Shown in pieces: positions 36,442 through 48,049 of a DNA stretch of 56,309 nt. Location: positions 1-56,309 of IMG/VR virus record IMGVR_UViG_3300046171_000013; one strand, written 5' to 3'. The notes beneath the pieces are model-generated. The model had not been told where the DNA came from and did no database searches. It saw nothing but the letters and a program-made list of their open reading frames with translations. The stretch's first letter is position 1. Each line of letters begins with the position of its first letter. This DNA is from a virus. Lineage: Duplodnaviria > Caudoviricetes. The translations under genes and the position numbers were made by a program.

Positions 36442-38858
36442 GCGTATATAACCGCAAGATGTTTAAGCCGCGTAACGCTCGTAACGCTTTGAATCGGTCA
36501 GCGGGGGTTGCCCCTGTACAGACGTTTCATGCTGGTGGTCCTGTTGGACACACTCATCAAGGAAACATTTTTCAAAGATTTATGAACGCCCCGAATACTG
36601 TGAGTGGAGTAGTTAGCGCACTTCGTGGCAACGCGACCCCATCCGCTTCCGCCTCCGCTACACAACCCATGATCCCTGTTGGAGCGAATCCAAAGCCTCC
36701 CATCTCAATGTCTCCTATAGAAGCGGCGGCGATACGAGAGGCTAGAACTCCACGATCCATAGGAGATCGAGTAACCAGTTTTCTTGGCTATGATGCTGGC
36801 ATAAGCGGTGCTGTGGGAGATGCTGTTGGCCCTGACTCATCTAATTTAGGCATTCGTTCCTTACAGGAGCTTGCTAAAGGATCCGCTTATGTCTTGGGTG
36901 ACTTACCTGCTACAGCGGGAGCTGCATTAGTCGCTCCGTTTGCGTCTCAAACAGACATGGGTGCGGGGACTAAACCCGCTCCTGCGATACTGGCGCCCGG
37001 CGTTTTGGATGCCATAAACAAAGGTGAAGGTGCCTTCCCAGAAGATTTACTTGGGGTAGATTTGATGACTATCCCCGGCTTCCAGAGCGGAACGAAGACC
37101 GCACCACTTCCAGCGGGGACAGCGCCTGGAACGAGCGTAAAAATTGGTGAGCCTGGTGCAGTATCAAAACCTCGTCCGGAGACCGCCGCTCAAATGATGG
37201 AACGAATTGCCACCGCTGACGCTGGCATGACAACGGATATGGGTCCAGACGAAGCTCTTATGCAACAGATCGCCATGGACGATGCTGGCATGACAACGGA
37301 TATGAGCGCGGAGGAACAAGAGGCCGCTGCCGAGGCGGCATTTCAAGAGAATGTTGATCAGACAGACCGCGATGACGCAACCGTAGATCTTGCGCCGGAT
37401 GCTACTGCCGCCGCCGCAGAAACCGCAGAAGCTGAAGCCGCCGCCGCCGCACGCACGGACACAGATCCAAACGCTGGCGCAAGCATTACCGCACCAAAAC
37501 CAAAGCCAGAAAACTTTGCTGAAATTGTTGCACAGGCTAAAGCCGCGAATGCATCTGAAGGCGTTCCAGATCAAGGCTCAGATCAACAAGAAATAAAAAC
37601 TGCGATGGAAACAGGAACGGGATCTCCTGAAGACATTAAAGCTGAGTTCCTAAAGCTGTTGCCTAAATACGAGGAAGATCCATCTATTCAAGGCTTGAAT
37701 ATAGCCATGATGGGTTTTGCTATTGCTGGCGGTGAAAGCAGTAGCGCGATGAAAAACATCGCAGATGGCATGAAGAAGACTCTACCTGCATTCATCAAGT
37801 CCAAAGAAAAACGTAAAGCCTTTGAGCGAGAAACAGATTTGCTCGCTTCTAAGTATGCTATTCAAAGATCTGAAGGAGATCGCACGCGCGGTCTTACAGA
37901 GAACACTTATTTTGCCACTGCTGCTTTTGATAATCCAATTACTGGTGAAAAAGTTGAGGCGGGGCAGATCTTTCGTTTAAACGACAAGGCATTTAAGCTG
38001 GCCGAACAACAAGGTCTTACTAAGTTCTTAACCACTCCAGCGTTGCAAGCACAACATATTGCGGCTCAAGGTAAGGTTGATGCAGCAAGAATCAAAGACG
38101 CAGGCGGTGGTTTGGACGACTATTACGAGAAGTCTGTTTTTGTAGAAGTTCCTGGTCTTGATCAAAAAATCAGAGTTCGATATCCAACTGCCCAAGGTGA
38201 AGCATTGGGGCTACAGGCTCGTCCTGCTGGAGGGAAAGGAGGCTGGGATAAATTTACACAAGGATATGTTGGTCAGTTAGACCGAATTGTGTTTGCCGAT
38301 CAAGGAATACAAGCGGCTATTGACCTAGCCGACCAAGGTGAAGCATTGGGTGCTTCTGGAGTTATTGGTCGTTTAACAGATGCAACTAAGGCTCTCATTC
38401 CTGAAAAATATGGAAAGAGATTAGGTATTGACTACAAGACTCTAAGTGATGGTGGTCAATATGAGGTCTTAAATAGAAACCTCGCACTTCAACTAGCTCC
38501 AATTATTCTTAATGAAGGTGGTAAAACAATCTCAAACCAAGATAGAGCACTTGTCGCTCAAGCACTTGGCTACAACATTGACGCTAATGGAAACATCTTG
38601 TTTGGTGGAGGTTTGGTGAATACCTTCAAGACTAAAGGAGAGGCAATGACTGCTCTTAGGAGCATTCAAGGAATTTTGCGTAAAAACGCTACTGAACTAC
38701 ATACTGTTTATCAGTCACAGGCTAGTGAGTTTGGGTATACCATGCCCTCCGTAGATGAGCGTAGGCAAGCCGCAACATCTTCTGCCAATACAGCACAAAC
38801 AGGGGGCTTTAGTTGGCAAGAAGATGACGATGGTATCTTAAATTTAGTGGGGTCATAA
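36438..38858 (+). CDS. Large internal virion protein
   Basis: 806 aa; V.NR.MF N-terminus; FHAGGPV; internal DAGMTTDM repeat. Confidence 0.7.
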   Translation: MSVYNRKMFKPRNARNALNRSAGVAPVQTFHAGGPVGHTHQGNIFQRFMNAPNTVSGVVSALRGNATPSASASATQPMIPVGANPKPPISMSPIEAAAIREARTPRSIGDRVTSFLGYDAGISGAVGDAVGPDSSNLGIRSLQELAKGSAYVLGDLPATAGAALVAPFASQTDMGAGTKPAPAILAPGVLDAINKGEGAFPEDLLGVDLMTIPGFQSGTKTAPLPAGTAPGTSVKIGEPGAVSKPRPETAAQMMERIATADAGMTTDMGPDEALMQQIAMDDAGMTTDMSAEEQEAAAEAAFQENVDQTDRDDATVDLAPDATAAAAETAEAEAAAAARTDTDPNAGASITAPKPKPENFAEIVAQAKAANASEGVPDQGSDQQEIKTAMETGTGSPEDIKAEFLKLLPKYEEDPSIQGLNIAMMGFAIAGGESSSAMKNIADGMKKTLPAFIKSKEKRKAFERETDLLASKYAIQRSEGDRTRGLTENTYFATAAFDNPITGEKVEAGQIFRLNDKAFKLAEQQGLTKFLTTPALQAQHIAAQGKVDAARIKDAGGGLDDYYEKSVFVEVPGLDQKIRVRYPTAQGEALGLQARPAGGKGGWDKFTQGYVGQLDRIVFADQGIQAAIDLADQGEALGASGVIGRLTDATKALIPEKYGKRLGIDYKTLSDGGQYEVLNRNLALQLAPIILNEGGKTISNQDRALVAQALGYNIDANGNILFGGGLVNTFKTKGEAMTALRSIQGILRKNATELHTVYQSQASEFGYTMPSVDERRQAATSSANTAQTGGFSWQEDDDGILNLVGS

Positions 38859-38862
38859 TTTT

Positions 38863-41800
38863 ATGGCAGTAGTAAAGATACGGACTCCTCAAGGTGTGAA
38901 ACAATTTCGTATTGCTGGAGACACTCCTTCTGAGGAAGAAACAGCGGCAATTAAAGCACAATTTTTTAATCAGGCACCTGCTTCTGCGGCGGATCCGGCG
39001 CAAGCAGCACCTGAAGAACCTGCGGCTCCAGTGCGTGACATTGACTATGACACGGGCGTTCAAGACACAGGATTCCGTTATACGTTCTCAAAAGGTGACA
39101 ACGAAGCTGAGAGGCGTGCTCGTCTTGAAAGTCTTGGCGTTCCGGCTGAAGCTGTGCAGATAGATCAAGATGGTGAGTTCATTCTTGATCGCGATCTTCT
39201 GCCAGAAGACATTAAATCTAAATACAATATTAAAGGGCACTGGTCTTCTTGCGATTGATGAAAAGAAGGGCTTTACCAAAAACGATTGGGTAGACTTTGC
39301 AGGGGAGGCTCGCGGGCCTCTGGTAGGTGGTTTAACAGCCTCGCTCGCCGCATCTGGTGTTGGACTGATTCCTGCCGCGATTGTAGCGGGTACTGGTTCT
39401 GCACTTGGTTATCTGTTTGACGAGTATCAAGAAGATCAAGAAGGCCTGCGTAGAGAGACAGACGAGGAACTTGGTCGTGGTGTTATACGCGAATTTGCTT
39501 TTGGCTCGATTGGTGAAGGCGCTGGTCGTGGCTTAACGGCGCTTTTGGGTCGTGTGTTTAAGGGTAGCGGGTCACAATCGGCTAATGAAGCTCGAGCCGC
39601 AGCAAGAGAAGTTCTTAAAGGTGGTGGTAGACCCACGCTTCGCGAAGCTAACGAGTCTCCGATTCTTGGTCGTTTGCAGGCGATTTATGAGGGCGTTTAT
39701 CCCAACAAGAAGGCCGCGAAAGCTAACGCTGATTTTGTGGCTAGAGAAATGGCTACTGCGTTTAAGGCGGCAGGAACAAAGGCCGTTGATGAAGATGCGC
39801 TTATCAATCTTCTCAACAGAGATATTGAACGGATATATGGCAGTCCAGAAGATTTGATTCGTCAAGCTAATGGTGACTTAAAAAACCTAGTTAACACCGG
39901 CCTTGATGATTTGATCCGTATGTTTGGAGATGAAAGCAGACCTCTGGATAGTAAGCAAATTGCCAGAACCATTGACATCGCAAAACGTATATTTGATGAA
40001 GATGTTGATGTTTTATACACGCAAGCCAATCAGCTCTTAGGCAAAAAAGAACTTGTACCAACTGAAACACTGGTCAAAAAGTTCAAGCAGTTGGCGGACG
40101 ACAACCCATCTTTCAATCTAAAAGACTCTGGCCTTGGTAAGTTTATTTCAAGGTTTGAGACTTCAGACGGTGTGTATCGAGACGCTACCGTTCTTGAAAT
40201 GAACGGTGTCGTACCTGCGCTTCGTGAAGCAGGCTTTGATCCCACGCTTGTCGGAACCATGAACGGTAAGTTTATTGGCGACATGCTTGGCACTATTGAT
40301 CAGTCCTTTCAGGCAGGCTCGTGTAAAGATACGCGAAGATATGCTGGGCGGAGCAACTCGCACACGAAACGTCAAAAGGAGGAGCAGATCACAGGCACGA
40401 CCGAAGATGCAAAAGCGGGATTGGATCTACTAGACAAGGCGAACACATTCTACGGTAAAGGCATCGAGCGGTTCAGAGACACAAACGCTGAACGGATCTT
40501 CCGCGCATACAAGGACAAGTCTTTGGATGTAGAGGAACTTTTCGATCCCTAACGGCGTTCTTCTTACACCAAACAGAGGTGCAACTCTCAACAAGTTCTT
40601 CAAGTCTGTTGTGCCTGGTGGTCGTGATGCCGTAGAAACTCCAAGAACATTTGAAGCGTTCTTGCAGGCGCGGCGGCATGGACGCCGACATGATCAAAGC
40701 GTTACCAGATGATGATTATTTAAAATCAACATTAAGGCGCAAATTTACTGAGAGTGTTCGCTTTGCTGATGAGGTCAATGCCGCAAGGGGCGCGGGTGTT
40801 GATGTGTCTCAGGCTGTGCGTAACTCGATGGCAAAGAATTATCTAACTAGGATTGCGCAACAGAACACCAATATTTATGGCACGTTCAACGCCTCTGCTA
40901 TGGTTGATCAGATAAGCAAGCTCGGCAGTACCGGAGAGGTTCTGTTCGGCAAGCAGTACAAGACAGTCATCAACACTCTCTCGGATCTTGGAACGATTAA
41001 TCCTAAAATTGCAGATGATGAACTAGCCAGAATGGCTGGTCTTCCAATCGCGGATCAGGTTGCTCGGATTCGTGGCATTCTCAAAGAACAAGATACGCTA
41101 GCTACAAACACCTTGGCTAAAGGGTTAAGTCGTGCCGCCGCTGATGCAGATCCAGAAAGAGTAGTAGACTTAATCTTCCGTAGGCGTAGTTCTGCGGCGA
41201 TCAAACAAGCCGAAAGAGAACTGGGCGCCGATACGATGGATGCAATCCGTCAGAAAGCGATGGAACGTATCCTCTCGCAACTCCCTGATGCGCAGACTGG
41301 CGGCAAGGAGTTCATGGAGAAAGTTCTTAGCGGTCAATACTCAACGCAATTAGACTCAATTCTTGATGCCTATGGTAAAGAAACTATTGATGCCATGTTC
41401 GGTGAGGCTGGACCTCTGCTTCGTCAAACGGTGAAGAAGTCTGCTACAGCGTCAAATATGGCGACCAAGGGACTTGGCGCTCTTGCTCCTGCTTCTATCG
41501 CAACGAGCCTTGGACTTGTATCGTTTATCGCCAATCCACTTGGCACGGCGCTTACCATGGCTGGCATCAAACTGGGCGCGACTATTTTACGTTCTAGGTC
41601 ATATCTAGGAATGGTCACTAGACCTACTGGTGTTCGCCCCGGCAAAGGTGAATATGATCAAGTTGGACGGTTGTTTGAAATGGCATATGAAGCTGGCGGT
41701 CAATCTGCGGCACAGCAAGTTGGAAATACTTCGATTGGACTACCTAGCCTGCCAACCGTACAATCCACACAAGCGCAGCAACAACAACAACAACAAGCCG

Positions 41801-41943
41801 CTCCGCAGGCTTTACCAGATGTATACACACCTCTTAACATCCAGCCTCCGCAAGCCGGAACCGCTGGACAAGTATCACCAATCTTGCTGCCCGACCCTAC
41901 GACTCAGGCTCTGGCGCAATCTCTTGGAAGGACAACCCCATGA
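38863..41943 (+). CDS. Largest internal virion (ejection) protein; frameshifted in this read
   Basis: Pieces 38863..39258, 39170..40552 and 40651..41943 are joinable by small indels; position typical of podoviral ejectosome genes. Confidence 0.65.
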
Positions 41944-42389
41944 ACAAAGATCAGCTTCGTGAAGAGCTTGCAGAGGATGAGGGCTGCAAGTTTGAAATTT
42001 ATTTGGATCATTTAGCTCTACCAACCTTCGGAATAGGTCATCTCGTGGTAGAGAGCGACCCAGAATACGGACAGGCCGTTGGTACGCCCGTAGATGAAGA
42101 GCGTGTCCGTCAGGTGTTCAACCTTGATATTGCTGTCACGTTGGACGAGTGTGAGGTTCTGTACCCAGACTTCTATGACCTGCCCGAAGAGTGCCAGCTC
42201 ATTATAGCAAACATGATGTTTAACATGGGGCGTCCGCGTTTGAGTGCTTTCAAAGGTATGAAGGCTGGTGTGGATGCACGAGACTGGAACCGCGCAGCTG
42301 ACGAGATGGTAGACAGCCGCTGGTATGACCAGGTCACCAACCGCGCCAAGCGTTTGGTAAAACGCATGAGAGCGTTATCCGAAGAATAG
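41940..42389 (+). CDS. Endolysin, T4-lysozyme-like (GH24)
   Basis: DEG...YLD....TFGIGH catalytic region; NM.FNMG; DSRWY.Q...RA.R. Confidence 0.9.
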   Translation: MNKDQLREELAEDEGCKFEIYLDHLALPTFGIGHLVVESDPEYGQAVGTPVDEERVRQVFNLDIAVTLDECEVLYPDFYDLPEECQLIIANMMFNMGRPRLSAFKGMKAGVDARDWNRAADEMVDSRWYDQVTNRAKRLVKRMRALSEE

Positions 42390-42436
42390 ACCACCACAAA
42401 AACTAATGAAGCACAGGATGATGAGAATATCTTTTG

Positions 42437-44336
42437 TCATCCTACTTCTCCCCAGTTGTCGCCCAACTCCTGATCGACCTTGCTCGGCACCTTTAGTTCC
42501 GTGCTGTTCTCCATAATGTCCGTGATTCTTGCGGCTTGCTCCTCGGACTCTACGTTGAAACAAAGTTCGTCATGCACTGTCAGGAGCGGCACCAAGCCTT
42601 CCTTGTAGCACTCTGCCATGGCAACCTTGGTTTGGTCTGCCGCAGAGCCTTGTATCAGCCTGTTGAGTGCCTTGTAGGTAAATGCGCGTCTCAGTATAGG
42701 CCCGTACTCTTTCTCGGCCTCCTCGCGCTTCATGGGCTTGTTGTAGCCAAATGTCTTTGGCTCCCACATATCAAACCGGCATAACCGCCCCGACATCGTG
42801 CGAATCTGTCCGTTGTTGCTGGCTCGTAGCGACACCATGTCTGCCAGATCCTTAACAAACGGAACCTTCTTATGGTACTGCGCCAACAGTCTCTTGGCTT
42901 CATCCTTAGATATGTCCATGGTATGTGACAGCTTGCCTACGCCCATGCCATACATGATACCAAGATTGACCGTCTTGGCCTGCTTTCTGGTAATCTCTGC
43001 CAGATCCGCAACCATCTGGTGGAAGTCGGCATCACCTTTGTGATACTCCGCCACAACATCATCAATGGACGGATGACGATCCTTGGGTGCCAAAGACGCA
43101 CAGTAGTGCACCAAGAGTCTCGGCTCCTGACTCGAGTAGTCGAAGCTGCCCCACTTGCATCCTTCGTCCGGCACAAACAGACCTCGGATCATGGCCTTAA
43201 TCTCTGGGTCACGCGCTGGGATCTGCTGGAGGTTGGGGTTGCTTGAGGAGAAACGCCCAGTGACCGTGCCGCCATCATCAGATCGAAGCTGATGAAACTC
43301 GCAGTGTATACGACCCTTGTGTGAGAACTTGAGGATGTTGTCGATGAAGGTATTGCTGGCCTTGTCTAGTTCACGCAAGCGCAGGATCTTTGCCGCGACA
43401 GGATGAGGACTAGCCTGCAAGAACGCCTTGGTGAAGGACGGCTGGCCGTTGTTCTCTGTTCTATTGTAGTACAGGCCGTGATGGTCAAAGACGGCGGCAA
43501 CGCTTCTGGCTACCCATGGCTCTACATCCACACCTGTTTCATGCTTTATATCTGCAATTAGATCTTTCTTGAGTCCGATCAGCTTTTTCTTAGCCGCCTC
43601 GGCGCCGTCAATGTTTACCTTTACGCCCTTCTCACGCATGTCCAATAGCACTGGTAACAGCGAAGTCTCTAGGTCAAAGACATCCATGAGGCTCTGCTTC
43701 TCCAGATCCACACGCATCATGTTCCACAGCTTCAAGGTCAGTTCGGCATCCTTCTCGGCATACGCCCCCACAAACCGTGAGTTGAGACGCCACATCTCTG
43801 CCTTGGGATCAAAACCATGATCCGCCGCAGCGGCACGCAATGTCTTCTCGTCCTTACGCTCGTTCAGATAATCCCTTGCCAGATTGTTAAGGCTGTAGCT
43901 AAACCGGTTCTCGTTTAGTAGAGGCGCAGCTACCATGGTGTCGATGATCGTGCCTTGAATCTTGACCCCTGCCCACCGGAGCCAACCGGCGTCATAGGTG
44001 GCATTGTGCATGATCTTGGGAATGTTCGGCGTAGCGAGCTGGTCTGCTAGCCACTTCATAACTTTGTTTTGTGGGATATTGCCACCACCCTCATGAGCGA
44101 TAGGGGTAGTAGCCAACGAAGTCGCCGGCTGCGATAGCCACGCCCACGATAAAGCCATCACCACGCGCCCAGCCTGGACCTAACGTCATCAGGTTCGGAT
44201 CGCTGGTCTCAAGGTCGATTGCGATGTACTGGCTGTTTCGCAGATCAGGAAACACCTCCGGCGGCACCCAATCCTTCTCGATGGTGTCCAAGTCCAGCCT
44301 GTGTAGGAACGTAATCTGACTACTTTCCTTTGCCAT
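42437..44336 (-). CDS. polA: Family A DNA polymerase with 3'-5' exonuclease (frameshift ~44095)
   Basis: ExoI IDLET; TGRFSSSNPNLQQIP; motif A DYSSQE; motif B RKQAKTVNLGIMYG; motif C VHDE. Confidence 0.95.
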
Positions 44337-44589
44337 CAATCTCTCCTCCGAGGCTGGCGTATCCAGCAATGTCTACCCATGAATCCTGATGCGTTGGTGT
44401 GACTATAAGTCTAGCAAGTTTTAGGGCAGTAAGACACTGATAAACTTGAGAAACTGATACGTCCTTGTCTAGGATCACAGACCACAGTTGAGCCACACGC
44501 TCGTGGTTCTCGTATGCGTCACCATAATCTCTGGCTCTTGGCCCGTTGACTAGATCTTTGGCTGTATCAAGTAACTTATCTCTTTTCAT
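44320..44589 (-). CDS. DUF6378-like (nucleotide pyrophosphatase-like helical) protein
   Basis: R..DYG...N..R.A.LW...K.AR.....DS.VD.AGY. Confidence 0.7.
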   Translation of the reverse strand: MKRDKLLDTAKDLVNGPRARDYGDAYENHERVAQLWSVILDKDVSVSQVYQCLTALKLARLIVTPTHQDSWVDIAGYASLGGEIDGKGK

Positions 44590-44758
44590 GCTTATCTCCG
44601 CGTAAGTACCGTTCATGCGCCATGCCATTGTCAAAACCTTTTTGATACGCTTGGTTCAGCGCAGATGTCATCTCAGGTCCAATCGAAAGGTTAAAACTTG
44701 TTGTGACCCTTTCACGAAAGCCTTCAATTATTTCCTCTACAAGTTCATGCTTTGTCAT
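44576..44758 (-). CDS. Small hypothetical protein
   Basis: 60 aa, coupled; AYQKGF. Confidence 0.55.
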   Translation of the reverse strand: MTKHELVEEIIEGFRERVTTSFNLSIGPEMTSALNQAYQKGFDNGMAHERYLRGDKHEKR

Positions 44759-46277
44759 ATCACATACCTATATTTTGCGTGGGAATCGACAATGTGCAGG
44801 TTATGCCGTGCTCTGGTCACGGCAGTGTAAAAGACACGATGCTCATCGTCCTGATCTGGTGCGTTGACCGCAGGGTATGACGAGTCCGTCAACAGTAGGA
44901 TGTTGTCGTCCTCACCGCCCTTCATCCGGTGGATGGTAGACAGGTTGATGCGCGGCTTGGTCAGATCCTCGCCCCTGCGGCGCACAGCACCCATGTACCG
45001 TATGTCCTCAAGAGACATGTTGACCACGACCTCCGGCCTTGCGTCTTGGCTAGCAAGCAAACCATGTTCGGCCACTAGATTGTCGTAGTTGTGGTAGCCT
45101 TGTGGATCTACCGCATCAAAGGTCTTTGGTCGCCGCACGCTTGAGCAATGCTCTGTCGCCCTGCTTGGGCATGAAACCGTAGAGCTTTTTTGATATCACC
45201 AACGCTTGCCGTCTCGCCCTTTGCCAGCCGCTCCCAGATGGTCATGGCTTCAAGTAGTTCAAGCGAGATCATGGAATTACCGAATCGTTCAAACAAATAG
45301 CCGTCTTCGCGTAAAGAATGGTGAATTGAGTTCAAGGCTTTGTTGGTTCTAGCCATAATAGTCCACGAACCTTCATCAATATTCACATCATACCAATTCA
45401 TGTGAAAATCCACGTTGCCGTCTTCATCCCTCGGTTGCCAGTCCTTCTCCTGCCGGACACTGATCCGGTTAACCAGATGGTTCGCTAGTTTGTACACGCT
45501 ACCCGGCACACGATAACTCTTGTTCAGAACGGTCTTGTTATCGCAAGCGTTCATGAAGCTGTGTAGATTTACGCCGTTCCAGCGGTGGATGCACTGGTCA
45601 TCGTCCCCCGCGTAGTACACGCGGCTGGCTCTCTCTTTCAGTATCGCTACCTGCTTCCACTGTAGCGGAGTCAGATCCTGCGCCTCATCAACAATCAGAA
45701 CCTCGAGCACAGGGCCAGTGCCCTGACGAACAAACAGTTCAATCATGTCGGTGTAGTCATACTTCCCAGCGTCTGACTTATAGGCGGCATATACCTGATC
45801 CACGCGCTTGAGCATCGACCAATGCAGATCATAGTCGCCACGATCATTGTACTCCTGTTCCATGGAAATACAGCGCAGCTTGGATCGACTGATCACTTCC
45901 AGATAGCGGTTGCCCTCCTTCATAGACAAAGGAACCATGCCCTCTTCCATGGCCTCGGCAGTGCCCTTATCAAAGGCCATGCCTAATATGTCACCCAGCT
46001 TACGGAAGTCTGACGGCTGAACCGTCTCTTTGCTGTCCATGCCCAGCCAGTTGAAGCCTATCGAATGTAGCGTCTTGAACCACGGCACATCCTTTTCGGT
46101 GAGCTGTAGTTCGGCACCCACACGCTCCCTCGCCTCTTGGATGGACTTGCGTGAAAACGATACGAAACCAATCCTGTCCGGTGGAGTGCCTTGCGCTAAC
46201 TCCTTCCGCACGATTTCAATCATCGTATGTGTCTTGCCGCAACCTGGTGGTCCGAAGATCAGGGTTTCATCAGCCAT
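44755..46277 (-). CDS. UvrD/Rep-like SF1 helicase (frameshifts ~45120-45190)
   Basis: GPPGCGKT, VDEAQD, AGDDDQ.I, STIHRMKGGE, FYTAVTRAR. Confidence 0.9.
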
Positions 46278-46488
46278 CGGTCTTCTCGCGTGGACGAGAC
46301 TCAAGCCATTGCTCAACCTCTGTGCGCAGCCACCTCGTTGTACTGTTCTTTTCCTTCTCAGGACCAAGCACAACTGGTTTAGGGAAATGACCTTCCTCTA
46401 CCCATCTGTAGACGGTAGATCTTGCCACTCCTAACCAAGCAACCACTTCACCCACTTTGAGATACCGTTCATCAGAATGGTATGTCAT
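46270..46488 (-). CDS. AlpA/excisionase-like HTH protein
   Basis: LKVGEV...LGVARSTVYRW...G.FPKP...RW...EV..W. Confidence 0.85.
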   Translation of the reverse strand: MTYHSDERYLKVGEVVAWLGVARSTVYRWVEEGHFPKPVVLGPEKEKNSTTRWLRTEVEQWLESRPREKTDG

Positions 46489-48004
46489 GTACGTTCTCCT
46501 CTGTTGGTAGATCGACTTCATTGTCGTCAAACTCTGGCACATACCAGACGCGAAGATTCTTCCATTGACCTGTATCTTCGTCTTTGAACTTGTATGTGGT
46601 GTTGCATTCCTGCCCACCATTTAGGTCTTTCAACCGTTGCTGGATCTGCGGACGGCGCAGTTCTCTGAACCCACGATTCCGCAAAAACTCCGTCAGACCC
46701 TTGAGCGTGAACATAGTCATGTCGCTCTCTGTCCAAGGCTTGCCCAGCATCATCTCCTGTGGAGACTTGGCTCTGATCCGACTGGTGCAGTAAACTTCCA
46801 GCAGTTCCTCAAACTGACCCTTGATCGTCAGTTCTTTTGGCACCTCGATATGCGTGGCGCTCTCCAGCAAACCGTTTACATAGTTCTGCCAGTCCGGCGC
46901 CTTCATGATAGGCGGCATGACATCAAGCTGCTCCATACACGCACGTTGGAACTGCAAAGGCATCTGCAACTGCTCGGTGGATAACTCCAAGCGTTTGCCG
47001 TCCACATCTAGGAAGTAGAGCCTTGGCTCTGACTTCTGGATTGTCAGACCTGTAATCCCTGGCATTGAGCCATTCTTGCCCACACCGAACTTGGCTTGAC
47101 GACAGGCGGCTTTGTCACAATGACTGCCCATCGGCTCTTCCTTACACAGATAGCCATAGTCCTTCTTCTTGTGCTGTTGCTGGATCGTTACAATCTCGTT
47201 GGCTGGCAAAGACGGCTTGCAGTATTTCTGGTTCCACTTCTCAAGCGTGGTCTCCCATGAGTCCGGATGCATCATCTTGGCGGTCACCGCCGCATGAAAC
47301 ATGACTTTATTTCTAGTTCCATCCGGCACCGAAGTTGCAAACATAATCCGCAAACACGGCGGCATCTCCCGCAACTCATCGTCTTCACTAGCGAACTCCA
47401 GCTTGCGAAGATCATCTAATGTGCATTTGACTTTATCTACCTGATCTAAAAACTCCTCAAGGGACAGCTCGTCACCCTTGTTGTTTATGGCATAACGTAA
47501 TGTATTCTCGGCTTGGAAGTAGGGCAGATTGATAAAGTTGCCTACATCCCCACGCTCGGCCAGAATCTTGTTCTGCTTTGGGAACACTTCGCATCCCCCA
47601 TAGCCAAGCACCGCAGCGAACTCCGTAAGGTGATCACGCATATCCGTTGCGCTAATCCAATCCTGCATGAACAGGAATAGATGCGCCCCACCTGACTTTG
47701 ATCGGCAAACAACTAGGGGTAGCTTAAAACGGCGGCACTTCTTCAAGATCGCAACGTGATCGACTGGATATGTGTCGATGTCTAGTGCACCAAACTTGCA
47801 CATGTTTTGATCGTTAATAGGTATTGATCCAACTCCATGTCCGCCTTCAAGATGCGCCGCCAACAATGTCTTGGTCAGTGGCTCTCGGACAATGAAACTT
47901 TTTGCCTCTGTCTTTCCGTTCTTCCTTACGCTTCCTACCGTTGTTTGACCGTGTGCTACGCTGGAGCCTTCAAAGGCCGCAGCGAAACGATCAACTAAAC
48001 TCAT
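46472..48004 (-). CDS. AEP-type primase (primpol) with PriCT-like domain
   Basis: GALDID, RSKSGGAHL and NLPY AEP motifs; PPC...GTRN. Confidence 0.8.
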   Translation of the reverse strand: MSLVDRFAAAFEGSSVAHGQTTVGSVRKNGKTEAKSFIVREPLTKTLLAAHLEGGHGVGSIPINDQNMCKFGALDIDTYPVDHVAILKKCRRFKLPLVVCRSKSGGAHLFLFMQDWISATDMRDHLTEFAAVLGYGGCEVFPKQNKILAERGDVGNFINLPYFQAENTLRYAINNKGDELSLEEFLDQVDKVKCTLDDLRKLEFASEDDELREMPPCLRIMFATSVPDGTRNKVMFHAAVTAKMMHPDSWETTLEKWNQKYCKPSLPANEIVTIQQQHKKKDYGYLCKEEPMGSHCDKAACRQAKFGVGKNGSMPGITGLTIQKSEPRLYFLDVDGKRLELSTEQLQMPLQFQRACMEQLDVMPPIMKAPDWQNYVNGLLESATHIEVPKELTIKGQFEELLEVYCTSRIRAKSPQEMMLGKPWTESDMTMFTLKGLTEFLRNRGFRELRRPQIQQRLKDLNGGQECNTTYKFKDEDTGQWKNLRVWYVPEFDDNEVDLPTEENVHDIPF

Positions 48005-48016
48005 TATTCGCTCCGC

Positions 48017-48043
48017 AAAAAGAGGGGGAGGCGAACCTCCCCC
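48017..48043 (-). terminator. Intrinsic terminator between the SSB and primase genes
   Basis: GGGGGAGG-TTCG-CCTCCCCC-TCTTTT. Confidence 0.75.
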
Positions 48044-48049
48044 AAGTCA

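Noticed and set aside
37215-37305. Direct repeat GCTGGCATGACAACGGATATG x2
   Set aside because: In-frame internal peptide duplication (DAGMTTDM) in a disordered region; no sign of att or mobile-element function.
46270-46488. Evidence for an integrated prophage
   Set aside because: AlpA-like gene only; no integrase, att site or host genes, and the ends circularise within a phage gene.
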